From Candidatus Latescibacterota bacterium (lineage in GTDB: Bacteria; Latescibacterota; UBA2968; GCA-2709665): DNA of 64,000 nucleotides. The notes beneath the pieces are model-generated. The model worked only from the letters and a program-made list of their open reading frames with translations, was not told where the DNA came from and ran no database searches. How positions within the stretch are numbered: position 1 is the stretch's first letter; each line of letters starts with the position of its first letter. The translations under genes were made by a program, and so were the position numbers. This document shows positions 27,582-37,455 of this stretch, in pieces. Location of the stretch: the NCBI GenBank assembly GCA_965208835.1, contig OZ242358.1, positions 3,392,001 to 3,456,000 on the forward strand, in the 5' to 3' direction.

Positions 27582-27710
27582 CAGTCCGTTGAACAAGCCG
27601 CTCTGCAGGCGAGGTATGCTGTCCCGTACAGCGATTCGGCGAGGGAGCGTAACGCAGAATTCCGACCGCAAGGACCGGCCGTAGCCCGGATGGGCTTCTT
27701 CGACGGGCCG
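27582..27710. mobile_element. MITE family A internally deleted copy
   Basis: CAGTCCGTTGAACAAGCCGCTCTGCAGGCGAGG ... CCGGATGGGCTTCTTCGACGGGCCG. Confidence 0.75.
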
Positions 27711-27743
27711 TCAGGCCCGGAGCGTATCATTCCTGAGAGAATT

Positions 27744-30700
27744 TCAATTGCGTGAAACGCCGATCTTGCCGCGCAGCCCGTTCACCTGCCACTCCCTGGT
27801 AAACTGGCAGGAAACCGGCAGTTGACCCACAAGCAAATCCTGTGCGAGCGTCTCGCCGCTGACGTATGCACGATAGCGGTCAACCGCACGCTCCAGACTG
27901 CCCTCTCCCGTTACGCCAACGTGAATGCGGTCGACAACCTGCAAACCCATCTCCTTGCGCATATTCTGTACCCGGTTGACGAATTCGCGCGCCGTACACT
28001 CGTCGATCAGTTCATCGTCGAGGTGAACGTCCAGCCCTACGCACAGGTTGTTCTCGACGGCCACAACCACGTCGTCTTTCTCCCGCCGCTGGACTTCCAG
28101 GTCCTCAAGAGCGATTTCACCTCCCGCAACCGCGAGCGTTTCCCCCGTACGCAGGCGTTCGATATCCCCGGGGGCCAATTCCTCGATGCGACCTGCCACC
28201 TCGTTCATGCGTCTTCCGAAACGCGGCCCCAGCGCCCTGAAGTTGGGTCTGTATGAGATTTCGCTCAACTCGGTCTCATCCTCCACGAACACGACCTCTT
28301 TGATATTCAGCTCTTCGGCGATCAGACCCTGCATTGACGTCAGCGCTTCGCGTCCGTCGGTATCCGGCGGAAGCAGGTAGACCCGCCGCAACGGTTGACG
28401 CACTTTGAGATCGTGACGGTTGCGAAGCGACCGGCCCAGAGCGACCGCGCGCATCGCCAGATGCATCTGCGCCTCGAGTTCGGGGTCCCGCAACGCCTCG
28501 TCGGCCTGCGGCATATCGCACAGGTGGACGCTTTCGGGGGCCTCCCTGTCCGCCCTTCTGACCAGATTCTGATAGATACTCTCGGTCACAAACGGCAGCA
28601 CCGGCGCCATCGCCTTGACCAGCGTAACCAGCACCTCGTAGAGCGTCTCGTAGACTGCCGCCTTGTCCCCGTCGTCTTCCGACTTCCAGAAGCGGCGGCG
28701 GCTGCGGCGGATGTACCAGTTCGTCAGCTTCTCCACAAACGAAACCATGACCGGCACGGTCCTGTACAGCCGGTATGCGGCCATCTCGGCATTCATTTCG
28801 TGCAACAGCGTCTGCAATTCCGAGAGGATCCAGCGGTCCAGTTCGTGCGTGCGCGCCGCCCCGGCGGCACTGGCAGGCGTCCAGCCGTCGATATTGGCAT
28901 AGGTGACGAAGATTCCGCCGTACGCATTCCAAAGCGGAATGATGACCGAACGAAGACTCTCCTGTATTCCCCGTTCGCTGATTCTCAACTCTTCGGCCTT
29001 CAGCGCCGGCGAGTTCAGCAGATACAGCCTCAATGCGTCAGCGCCGTACGCGTCGAGCATTTCCGTGGGTTCCGGATAGTTCTTCAACCGCTTGCTCATC
29101 TTGCGTCCGTCCTCTGCAAGCAGCATACCGGAAACAATGCAATTCCTGAACGCAGGCTCCTGAAACAGCGCCGCGGCGAGGACCGTCAATGTATAAAACC
29201 AGCCCCGGGTCTGATCCAGCCCTTCGGAAATGAAATCGGCCGGGAAATTGGCCTCGAAAAACGACCGGTTCTCGAACGGATAATGTGTCTGGGCATAGGG
29301 CATCGAACCGGACTCGAACCAGCAATCCAGAACCTCGGGAACGCGCTTCAACATGCCTCTTCCGGTGGGGCTGGGGATCTCGATGTGGTCGATCAGATGC
29401 TTGTGCAGGTCCTCCACCTTCTGCCCGCTCAAACGCTCCAGTTCTTCACGGCTTCCGACGCAGATCGTCTCCTTCGTGTCCTCGTTGCGCCATACGGGCA
29501 GCGGCGTGCCCCAATAACGGTTCCGGCTGATCGCCCAGTCGCGCGCATCCTCCAGCCAGCGGCCGAACCGTCCGTCCTTGATATGTTCCGGCACCCACCG
29601 GACTCGCTGATTCGAGGCGATCATCTTGTCCTTGATGGGTTCGATGGCCACGAACCAGGTAGAGATTGCGCGGTAAATCAGAGGAGAATCGCACCGCCAG
29701 CAGTACGGGTAACTGTGAACCAGCGTACCCTCGGAAAAAAGGAGACCATCCGTTCGCAACCGCCGCACGATCTCGCGATCGACATTCTTTACGAACTGTC
29801 CTCTATATTCTGGTATTGCATCTGTAAACGCGCAATCCTCGTCAATCGGACACACAACCGGGATGCCCTTCTCAACACCCAGTTGATAGTCATCTTCACC
29901 GAAACCGGGAGCGACGTGTACGATCCCGGTACCGTCGTCGGTGGACACGAAATCGGCCGCAACCACGCGAAACGCGCCCTTGTTCCCAAGATCCGAAAAA
30001 TGGCGGAACAGCGGCTCGTAACGCATTTCCAGCAGCGCCGCGACCGGCTCCTTCTCCACCCGCACCACCTCCCCGTTGCGTCTGCCGAACAGGGAGTCGA
30101 ATCGCGGTTCCGCAAGGATCAACTGTTCTCCATTTTCCATGTGAACGCGTACGTACGGGATGTCGTCACCGACGGCAAGCGCCATGTTTGAAGGCAGCGT
30201 CCACGGTGTGGTCGTCCAGGCCAGAATCGACGTATTCTCCTGTCCCCGAACGCGGAATCGCACCGTGATGGAAGGATCCTGGGTATCCCGGTATCCTCCG
30301 AGATTCACCTCGAAATTAGAGAGCGGCGTGGCACACCTGGGGCAGTATGCGAGCGAATAGTATCCCTCATACACCAGGTCCTTGTCCCACAAGCTCTTGA
30401 ACACCCACCATACGGACTCCATGAAGTCCGTATCCATCGTCCGGTACTGGTGGTCCCAGTCCACCCACCGCCCGCACCTCTGGATGACCTGCTTCCACTC
30501 CGCCGTGTACTGCAGCACCTGTTCACGGCAGAACTCGTTGAACCGATCCACGCCGAATGCGAGGATGTCTTTCCTGGACTTCAGGCCCAGTTGCCTCTCG
30601 GCCTCGTTCTCCACCGGCAGCCCGTGACAGTCCCAGCCGAAACGCCTGTCCACCCGGTATCCGCGCATCGTCCAGTACCGAGGTACGACGTCCTTGATAA

Positions 30701-30914
30701 TCGACGCCAGCAGATGCCCGTAATGCGGAAGCCCGCTGGCGAATGGCGGACCGTCATTGAAGATGAACGAATTGGATTCCGGTCGGGTTGTCACCGACTT
30801 CGCAAACGTGCGGTTTTCCTCCCAGAACCGAAGGATCTCCTTCTCCATTCCAGGAAAATCCATCCCGCCGGAAACGTCTTCAAATACCCTGTCTGTCTCT
30901 TTAACCGTCGACAT
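27744..30914 (-). CDS. ileS: isoleucine--tRNA ligase (type 2)
   Basis: GPPFASGLPHYGH, GWDCHGLP, WTTTPWTL, KMSKR; type-2 C-terminus without zinc finger. Confidence 0.97.
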   Translation of the reverse strand: MSTVKETDRVFEDVSGGMDFPGMEKEILRFWEENRTFAKSVTTRPESNSFIFNDGPPFASGLPHYGHLLASIIKDVVPRYWTMRGYRVDRRFGWDCHGLPVENEAERQLGLKSRKDILAFGVDRFNEFCREQVLQYTAEWKQVIQRCGRWVDWDHQYRTMDTDFMESVWWVFKSLWDKDLVYEGYYSLAYCPRCATPLSNFEVNLGGYRDTQDPSITVRFRVRGQENTSILAWTTTPWTLPSNMALAVGDDIPYVRVHMENGEQLILAEPRFDSLFGRRNGEVVRVEKEPVAALLEMRYEPLFRHFSDLGNKGAFRVVAADFVSTDDGTGIVHVAPGFGEDDYQLGVEKGIPVVCPIDEDCAFTDAIPEYRGQFVKNVDREIVRRLRTDGLLFSEGTLVHSYPYCWRCDSPLIYRAISTWFVAIEPIKDKMIASNQRVRWVPEHIKDGRFGRWLEDARDWAISRNRYWGTPLPVWRNEDTKETICVGSREELERLSGQKVEDLHKHLIDHIEIPSPTGRGMLKRVPEVLDCWFESGSMPYAQTHYPFENRSFFEANFPADFISEGLDQTRGWFYTLTVLAAALFQEPAFRNCIVSGMLLAEDGRKMSKRLKNYPEPTEMLDAYGADALRLYLLNSPALKAEELRISERGIQESLRSVIIPLWNAYGGIFVTYANIDGWTPASAAGAARTHELDRWILSELQTLLHEMNAEMAAYRLYRTVPVMVSFVEKLTNWYIRRSRRRFWKSEDDGDKAAVYETLYEVLVTLVKAMAPVLPFVTESIYQNLVRRADREAPESVHLCDMPQADEALRDPELEAQMHLAMRAVALGRSLRNRHDLKVRQPLRRVYLLPPDTDGREALTSMQGLIAEELNIKEVVFVEDETELSEISYRPNFRALGPRFGRRMNEVAGRIEELAPGDIERLRTGETLAVAGGEIALEDLEVQRREKDDVVVAVENNLCVGLDVHLDDELIDECTAREFVNRVQNMRKEMGLQVVDRIHVGVTGEGSLERAVDRYRAYVSGETLAQDLLVGQLPVSCQFTREWQVNGLRGKIGVSRN

Positions 30915-31064
30915 GATTGCTATTCGTCGTCAATGTTTTGCCTGAAATTGCGGATCATTGCCCGTCGTCGTCGATTCGATACGGGGACCGCGTCCGTCCC
31001 CGGTCCTGTCGCCCCGTAACGCAGAACGGTTCAGGCGGAAGTACTCTGCCGGGAGTCGCCGGTT

Positions 31065-31535
31065 TTATGGATCGGACTGACCATTCACCGCCGCGACGAT
31101 CCCATGCTCGTTCTCCCCCAACAAGGCCTTCTGCTCCGGCCACATCATCACCGGCAGCCGGTCGATCGGAAACCAGTCCACGACTTCGTGGTTCTCGAAG
31201 TCGGTGGGCACGACGTCCACCTGCTCGGTCCGATAAAGGAAATAATGCGTGGATTTCCATTCCGTCCGACGATAGTTCATCCGTGCCCGAACGCCCATCG
31301 GCCGGATCAACTCCAGTTCCGTAAACCCCGCTTCCTCCTCGATTTCCCGCCGGGCCGCCTCCTCGATCGACTCGCCCTTGTCCACGTGTCCCTTGGGGAG
31401 CGCATATTCCTCGTACGACTGCTCGCGAATCAGCGCCACCATCACCTGTCCGTCCTCGACCCTGACGACCACACCCCCCGCGGAAACGGCTTCCGGCACG
31501 CCGTCGGGTCTTCGGTACCATTGTTCGTCGATCAT
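31065..31535 (-). CDS. NUDIX hydrolase
   Basis: PKGHVDKGESIEEAARREIEEEAG Nudix box. Confidence 0.9.
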   Translation of the reverse strand: MIDEQWYRRPDGVPEAVSAGGVVVRVEDGQVMVALIREQSYEEYALPKGHVDKGESIEEAARREIEEEAGFTELELIRPMGVRARMNYRRTEWKSTHYFLYRTEQVDVVPTDFENHEVVDWFPIDRLPVMMWPEQKALLGENEHGIVAAVNGQSDP

Positions 31536-32419
31536 CCTGTCCCGTCCAGATAGTGTCCATAAAGGACGCTCAGCCGGTGCTTCGCCTCATCGGAAATGGC
31601 GCCGGGCGCCGTAATAATCGCATCCCGCGCCGCGCGGAAACACTCGCAGTCCGAAGATTCGGGCAGCAGCCCGGAAATCTCCTTCACCACCGCATTGGCC
31701 ATCCGTGTATTGGCCTTCAGGATGGCCAGTACGGACTCGATGTCGACATCGCCTTCCTGTTCGTGCCAGCAGTCGTAATCCGTGCCCATCGAAAGCACGG
31801 CGTAACACATTTCCGCCTCACGGGCCAGTTTGGCCTCCGGAAGCGCTGTCATCCCGATCACAGTGGCATCGGCGGCCCGGCGATAAAAGTGCGACTCCGC
31901 CCGGGTGGAAAACTGCGGTCCTTCCATGCAGACGTACGTGCCGCCCTCGTGGACAGCAGCACCTCTTGTCTTCGCCGCCCGGGCAATCAGGGCGCGCATT
32001 TCCGCACAAAACGGATCTGCGAAGGAAACGTGTCCGACAACCCCGTCGCCGAAGAACGTGGACTGCCGATTCCCCTTGGTACGATCGAAAACCTGATCCG
32101 GAACGACCATGTCTCCCGGCCTGATGTGTTCTTTCATGATTCCCACGGCGCCCACCGCAAGGACGTTTGTGATGCCCAGCTGCTTCAGTGCATGGATATT
32201 GGCGCGGTATCTCACCTCGGACGGCAGCAGCGTGTGACCACGCCCATGCCGGGGAAGAAAGACGACCGTGCGCCCGTCGATTTCCGCTTCCACAAGCAGA
32301 TCCGAGGGGCGGCCGAAAGGCGTATCCACATCGTGCTCCCGCACCACCCTGACGCCATCCATCCGGTAGAACCCGGAGCCGCCGATCACACCCAGGCGCA
32401 ACGTCTTCGTCTCTGTCAT
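31532..32419 (-). CDS. mtnP: S-methyl-5'-thioadenosine phosphorylase
   Basis: IGGSG, PRHGRGH, EGPQFSTRAES, GMT, TDYDCW. Confidence 0.93.
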   Translation of the reverse strand: MTETKTLRLGVIGGSGFYRMDGVRVVREHDVDTPFGRPSDLLVEAEIDGRTVVFLPRHGRGHTLLPSEVRYRANIHALKQLGITNVLAVGAVGIMKEHIRPGDMVVPDQVFDRTKGNRQSTFFGDGVVGHVSFADPFCAEMRALIARAAKTRGAAVHEGGTYVCMEGPQFSTRAESHFYRRAADATVIGMTALPEAKLAREAEMCYAVLSMGTDYDCWHEQEGDVDIESVLAILKANTRMANAVVKEISGLLPESSDCECFRAARDAIITAPGAISDEAKHRLSVLYGHYLDGTG

Positions 32420-32481
32420 GGATCCGCTCCGCTCATGCTGGAAAACCCCGACGCGCGACGGCGCCAGGCCCACCGCGAAAA

Positions 32482-33045
32482 TCAGTCCTTCGTATCCGCG
32501 TTTTCTTCATTCGTAATCTGGCCGTTGCCACCCTTCGCGTACGCTTCTGCGCCGCCGTCGTTTCCATCGACGCCGTCGAGTTCATCGTCTGAAAGCTGAG
32601 CCAGAAATTCGGAGTGCGCCTGTAACAGAGACTGAAACCTCGCTACGAACATGTCCCGCCTGGTCTTGAGATTCACCAGCTCGTTCCGCATCTGCCGCAC
32701 CTGTGTACGCGCCTTATCCACGGCGCGATTCGCCAGCGCTTCGGCCTCGTTCACGATCAGCCTGCCCTCTGTCCGGGCATTCTCCCGCACGTCATCCGCG
32801 GTCAGTTGCGCCGTCTTCAGCATTTCCTGCAACGTCGTCTCCATCTGCGCGTACCGCTCCACCTGCTCCTGCAAACCGGCCTTGCGCTCCAGTGCCTGCA
32901 AGCGCTCGCGGTTCAGTGCCTCAAACGAATCCGCGACCGAATCCAGAAAGGCCGTTACTTCATCCGGGTCGAGACCTCGAAAGACCCGTTTAAACTCCTG
33001 CTTCCGGATATCCAGCGAAGTCAGCTTCACGGGAACCACCTCCAT
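32482..33045 (-). CDS. divIVA: DivIVA domain protein
   Basis: LTSLDIRKQEFKRVFRGLDPDEVTAFLD plus coiled coil. Confidence 0.9.
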   Translation of the reverse strand: MEVVPVKLTSLDIRKQEFKRVFRGLDPDEVTAFLDSVADSFEALNRERLQALERKAGLQEQVERYAQMETTLQEMLKTAQLTADDVRENARTEGRLIVNEAEALANRAVDKARTQVRQMRNELVNLKTRRDMFVARFQSLLQAHSEFLAQLSDDELDGVDGNDGGAEAYAKGGNGQITNEENADTKD

Positions 33046-33196
33046 AGCCGTCCCCGGCGCCGGCGGCGCCGGTAAACTCGAGCGGGCGGCAGGGGATTCC
33101 GCCCCGAGGGGAGAGGGAAGACGCGATTGAGGATTCAGAACCGGGCAGGGAGGGAGGCCCGGACGATCTACACGATCACATACCCGACTTCCAGCA

Positions 33197-33799
33197 CTAC
33201 GACGTGCCCAGTCCGAAGACCGCGAGAACCGCCCCTTTTGCGAAATTCAACAGCAGGATCAGTAGAATCGGCGACAGATCGAACATCCCAAGCGGCGGAA
33301 TCATGCGCCGGAAAGGCGCCATGACGGGCTCGGTGAGCGCATACAGCGTCCAGATCAGCCGTCCGTTTCGCAGAAAGGGCATCCAGGAAACGATGATACG
33401 AGCGAGTATCAACACCAGGAAGACCGAAATCGCGCCGTAAAAAAGCCAGCCTATGACTTGAAGAAAGGCCAAGTTCAACAGTGCCCGCAACACCCCTTCC
33501 AGCGCCAGCAGCACATCGTTGCTGACCCACTTCAGGAAAAAAGCCGCCAACAACGTAGCCAGAACCACAAATAACGGCGCAATACTGAGACTGTTGGACG
33601 CCGGCAGGCTTTGAGCAACCGGCCAGATCATGGGATCGGTCCACTCCCGAACAACCTGAGACAGCCGTCCGAAAGGCTGCGTTTTAAACAGTATCCAGCG
33701 CAGGACCATCAGGACTACGACAGCGACAACCACCGCAAATGCCACAAAATCGACGGCTGTACGCAGGAAGTCAATGACCTGCAACAAGACGTATAACAT
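33197..33799 (-). CDS. yggT: YggT family membrane protein
   Basis: Two YGGT repeats; LTEPVMAPFRRMIPPLGMFDLSPI. Confidence 0.88.
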   Translation of the reverse strand: MLYVLLQVIDFLRTAVDFVAFAVVVAVVVLMVLRWILFKTQPFGRLSQVVREWTDPMIWPVAQSLPASNSLSIAPLFVVLATLLAAFFLKWVSNDVLLALEGVLRALLNLAFLQVIGWLFYGAISVFLVLILARIIVSWMPFLRNGRLIWTLYALTEPVMAPFRRMIPPLGMFDLSPILLILLLNFAKGAVLAVFGLGTS

Positions 33800-33897
33800 T
33801 GCGACCCTTTTTTCGAAGCCCTGCAACGTCCGACCGTCAGGCGCCTCTCCGGCGGTACATCGCACCGCACGACATCCGGAAGGACTTCGCGCTTCCG

Positions 33898-34587
33898 TTA
33901 CTGCCTCGCACCGAAGATCGCCGAGCCGACGCGCACCATCGTGGCGCCTTCCTCGATTGCGACCTCGAAATCCCCCGTCATACCCATGGACAGGTGTGCC
34001 ATCGACACGCCCGCAATACGCGCCGCTGCAATCTCTTCACCCAGTTCCCGCAATTGAACGAAACATGGTCGAACCGCCTCCGGATCCGGCAGGAACAGGC
34101 CGATCGTCATCAACCCCTCCACACCCACACCTTCCAGCTCCGAAATCCGCCCCACAAGATCGACTGTTGCGTCAGGCTCGGCTCCGAACTGCGAGTCGGC
34201 CCCCGATGTATTCACCTGTACGAGCGTCCGTGCGGAAATCCCGGCCTGCACCGCGCGCTTTCCGATCTCCTTTGCCAGCCGCAGACTGTCCACGGAGTGG
34301 ATCATCTCGAACAGGCGTAGCGCGCTCTTTACCTTGTTCCTCTGCAGATGTCCCACGAGATGCCACGCCACGGCATCCGTGACGTCGCCGACCTTCCTCT
34401 CGGCCTCCTGCACGCGGTTTTCGCCAACCACCCGAACCCCAGCCTCCGCCGCTTCCGCAATGGCTTCCGCGGGCTTTGTCTTGGATACCGCGACAAGGGT
34501 TATATCATGCGCCTGCCGCCCTACTCGCTCCGCGGCCCGGGAGATGCGTTCCCGGACCCGTTTCAGATTCTCCGAAATCGACGTCAT
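33898..34587 (-). CDS. yggS: PLP homeostasis protein YggS
   Basis: LVAVSKT, GENRVQE, GHLQRNK, LSMGMT, RVGSAIFG. Confidence 0.95.
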   Translation of the reverse strand: MTSISENLKRVRERISRAAERVGRQAHDITLVAVSKTKPAEAIAEAAEAGVRVVGENRVQEAERKVGDVTDAVAWHLVGHLQRNKVKSALRLFEMIHSVDSLRLAKEIGKRAVQAGISARTLVQVNTSGADSQFGAEPDATVDLVGRISELEGVGVEGLMTIGLFLPDPEAVRPCFVQLRELGEEIAAARIAGVSMAHLSMGMTGDFEVAIEEGATMVRVGSAIFGARQ

Positions 34588-34788
34588 TGGCACTTTGCCG
34601 AAACGAAAAAAGGTGAGTCACGGTTCGGATGCAGAATTATAAATTTACAACAAGAAGGGTCTTTTAGCAACCGATTCGCTGACGCGCAAATCCGGAGTTC
34701 GACAGAGCGCTTCGGCAATAATCTCCTAACTAGTTCAAAAAAAGCGAATTATGTGGTAGTACACGGGAATTGGCCGAAGCCGCGGGCC

Positions 34789-37389
34789 TTATCCGGCCTG
34801 ATCTGCCGGATCCGACCATTCCGGGGAATCGCTTCCGTCGCCGTGGATTTCGACAACGCCGCGGCTCCCGTCCACGGTAACCCTGTCTCCGGTCCGAATG
34901 CGCCGCGTCGCTCCCGACACCCCCACCACCGCGGGGACCTGGTACTCCCGCGCGATGACCGAACTGTGGTTCAGTACCCCGCCGATTTCAGTGACCACCG
35001 CGCTCACGCGCCGGAAGAGCGGGGTCCAACCCGGGTCGGTACCCAGCGCGACCAGAACCTCCCCCTGCGCCAGCGTTCCGAACTCCTCGGGCCCGCGAAT
35101 GATCCGTGCGGTTCCGCTCGCCGTGCCCGAACTGGTTCCGACGCCCTGCAACCGTTGCGCATCCTGGTTTTCGTCCGGGACCGGATTCTCGCCACGCCCT
35201 TCGATCCAGAAATAGAACGGCTGGCGAACGCGCGCGCGTTCGAAATCCGCGATCCGCCGGTGAATCTCATCTTCGGATGCGACCGGGCCGCCCCGGAACG
35301 CGTTCTCGACCTCGTCGCAGGTCAGAAAAAACACGTCATCTTTCCGCCGAAGCAATCCCCGGGATACAAGATGATCCCCGAGCCCCAGAAAAACAGCCCT
35401 GTACCCGGCAAAGAGTCTGTCCAGGTGAAATCGCAGCTCCTCACGAAGTCCTAGATAGATCCTCGCATATCTCAACACAAACCGAAACAACACGACGCGC
35501 GCCCTTCCCCAGGCCATTTCTGACAGGCGCCCGCACACCTTCGCTTCCGCCCTCCGCATCGTTTCACGCGGCTCTCTCTGTATACGTAAGGCTCCCGCAC
35601 AGAGGTTCTGGCGCAGCATCTGCACAACGATCTCCGGGCGTTCCCGCCAGCGTGCGAACGTGAAATCCCGGTTTGCAGCACGAATTCCGTACGCATCGAT
35701 AAATGAGTTGAAGCTGGACGCAAAGCCGCCTTCGCCCTCACGCAGATGTTTCAGGAACGCCGCGTCCGTACCGGCTTCCAGCATCCGACGCAGCCCGGCG
35801 TCGCTTCGGACCTCCTCAGTCAATTTCCCCAGTGCGGCGTTGGCCTCCGAAGTCCTGTTTCTTTCGGGTACCAGAAGCAGATCCTTCAGTGTAGCCATAT
35901 CGAGGTCCGACCAGCGGACCACCATCGTTCGCAGGCCCCAGACGCAGTTCATCGCAAATGTGTAACTCCACTGATTGACATCCCGTTGCTGATGCATTGC
36001 CAATTCCGTCAGCCTGTCTGCGGCCGCAAGAAGCACGTCCGGGCCCCTCGCCGAGCAAATCTGTCGCTCTATAGCAAGAATCCGCCGGTTGAATACCGGG
36101 AGAAATGCCTGCCTGACCCTCCGGTGATTGCTGTGAATCAGACCGTAGGGCTCGGTGATCAGCAGGCCCGGCAGCCGCAGGAGCGCCGGAACCATGCGCC
36201 ACCAGGTCCACGTCGAACCCTTGACCTCCTCCTGGAGACGCCGTGGCAGAATATCCAGGGCGTCGTCCGCCATCAGGTTTTCCGGAACCAGCTTGAGCGC
36301 ATCCGCCACGGCGTCGGCATTCACATACATGTAACAGTCGATCACCTTCATGACGTCGTCGCGTATCAGCGCACTCAGGCCCAGGCGCCGCGCGGGACGT
36401 TGAAACGTATAGGCCTCGCTCAGGCGTCCCCCGATGACGGACGCGGCCATCGGACAGAGGGCCTCGGACCAGAGGTCGTCGCAGATCCCCCGCGTCCACA
36501 CGCCGCTCGGGCGGGTCACAGTCGTGGTAATCGGCCGTGTCTGCAGGAGAAAAAGCCGACCGCCGGAAAACGCCCATTCGATGTCCTGGGGCCGGCCATC
36601 GTAGAACGCCTCGATCTTCCTGCCCTGCCTCCACAGGATACGCAACTCATCCGGTGAAAGCGCTTCGGCGTCCCGCAGCCCATCGGGCATGGGCTCGGCA
36701 CGGCGGTCGCCCGGCCTGAGCCGCCACAATTTGTGCGCGATCTGTTTCTCCGCAACCCGGCCCGTGTTCCCGTCCAGCACGTAGGAATCGGGCGAGACCT
36801 CCCCCCCGACCACCGTCTCGCCGAGCCCCCAGTTGGCTTCCACAAAAATGCCCGGCGCGCCTGACGCGACCGGGTTACGTGTAAAAAGGATACCGGATTT
36901 CTCCGCCTCGACCATTTCCTGTACTACGACCGCGATGCGTGGAATCAGATCCGGGGCATAGGTTCGCAAGCGCTGGTTCCACGCCGACGCCCAGCACAAG
37001 CGGACGTGTTCGAGTACAGACGCGACATCCGTCAGGTTCAGATAGGTCTCGAACTGACCCGCAAACGCGAATGCGCTACCGTCCTCGGAGGCGCCGGACG
37101 AACGCACGGCCACGGGTTTTGCTCCCGGACCGAGGAGCGATTCGGACGCGGACCGGATGGCGTGCTCCACGTCGGAGGGAAATGAACCCCTGGCGACCGC
37201 CTCCTCGGTCGCAACGGCCGGATCGATGCCATTGTGTTCCAGAAACCGGACACAGGCATCCGCCGTGACGCAAAATCCGTCCGGAACGCGGAAGCCGCCC
37301 GCAAGCAGGCGACCGAGATTCCGCGCCTTTCCACCGACGTGTTCCGGGGACGCCCGGGACGCCCGGGCGAGTTCGACCACCATTTCCAT
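34789..37389 (-). CDS. PEP-utilising/dikinase family enzyme (Rph-like architecture)
   Basis: N-terminal ATP-grasp (GGKA, VRSSG, FAGQ, WGLGE, DIEWA, LQTRPIT), central helical domain, C-terminal phospho-His domain (GGVLNHSSVIAREY). Confidence 0.85.
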   Translation of the reverse strand: MEMVVELARASRASPEHVGGKARNLGRLLAGGFRVPDGFCVTADACVRFLEHNGIDPAVATEEAVARGSFPSDVEHAIRSASESLLGPGAKPVAVRSSGASEDGSAFAFAGQFETYLNLTDVASVLEHVRLCWASAWNQRLRTYAPDLIPRIAVVVQEMVEAEKSGILFTRNPVASGAPGIFVEANWGLGETVVGGEVSPDSYVLDGNTGRVAEKQIAHKLWRLRPGDRRAEPMPDGLRDAEALSPDELRILWRQGRKIEAFYDGRPQDIEWAFSGGRLFLLQTRPITTTVTRPSGVWTRGICDDLWSEALCPMAASVIGGRLSEAYTFQRPARRLGLSALIRDDVMKVIDCYMYVNADAVADALKLVPENLMADDALDILPRRLQEEVKGSTWTWWRMVPALLRLPGLLITEPYGLIHSNHRRVRQAFLPVFNRRILAIERQICSARGPDVLLAAADRLTELAMHQQRDVNQWSYTFAMNCVWGLRTMVVRWSDLDMATLKDLLLVPERNRTSEANAALGKLTEEVRSDAGLRRMLEAGTDAAFLKHLREGEGGFASSFNSFIDAYGIRAANRDFTFARWRERPEIVVQMLRQNLCAGALRIQREPRETMRRAEAKVCGRLSEMAWGRARVVLFRFVLRYARIYLGLREELRFHLDRLFAGYRAVFLGLGDHLVSRGLLRRKDDVFFLTCDEVENAFRGGPVASEDEIHRRIADFERARVRQPFYFWIEGRGENPVPDENQDAQRLQGVGTSSGTASGTARIIRGPEEFGTLAQGEVLVALGTDPGWTPLFRRVSAVVTEIGGVLNHSSVIAREYQVPAVVGVSGATRRIRTGDRVTVDGSRGVVEIHGDGSDSPEWSDPADQAG

Positions 37390-37455
37390 TGTCTTCGCCT
37401 TCAAGGCGCTCCGCGATGTGTTCAGGCACGTGCGCAACGGGCCGGACGGCTGTTA

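Noticed and set aside
33026-33046. T-box-like GGAGGTGGTTCCCGTG upstream of divIVA/ileS
   Set aside because: Explained by the divIVA RBS and start; far from ileS and no terminator/antiterminator pair.
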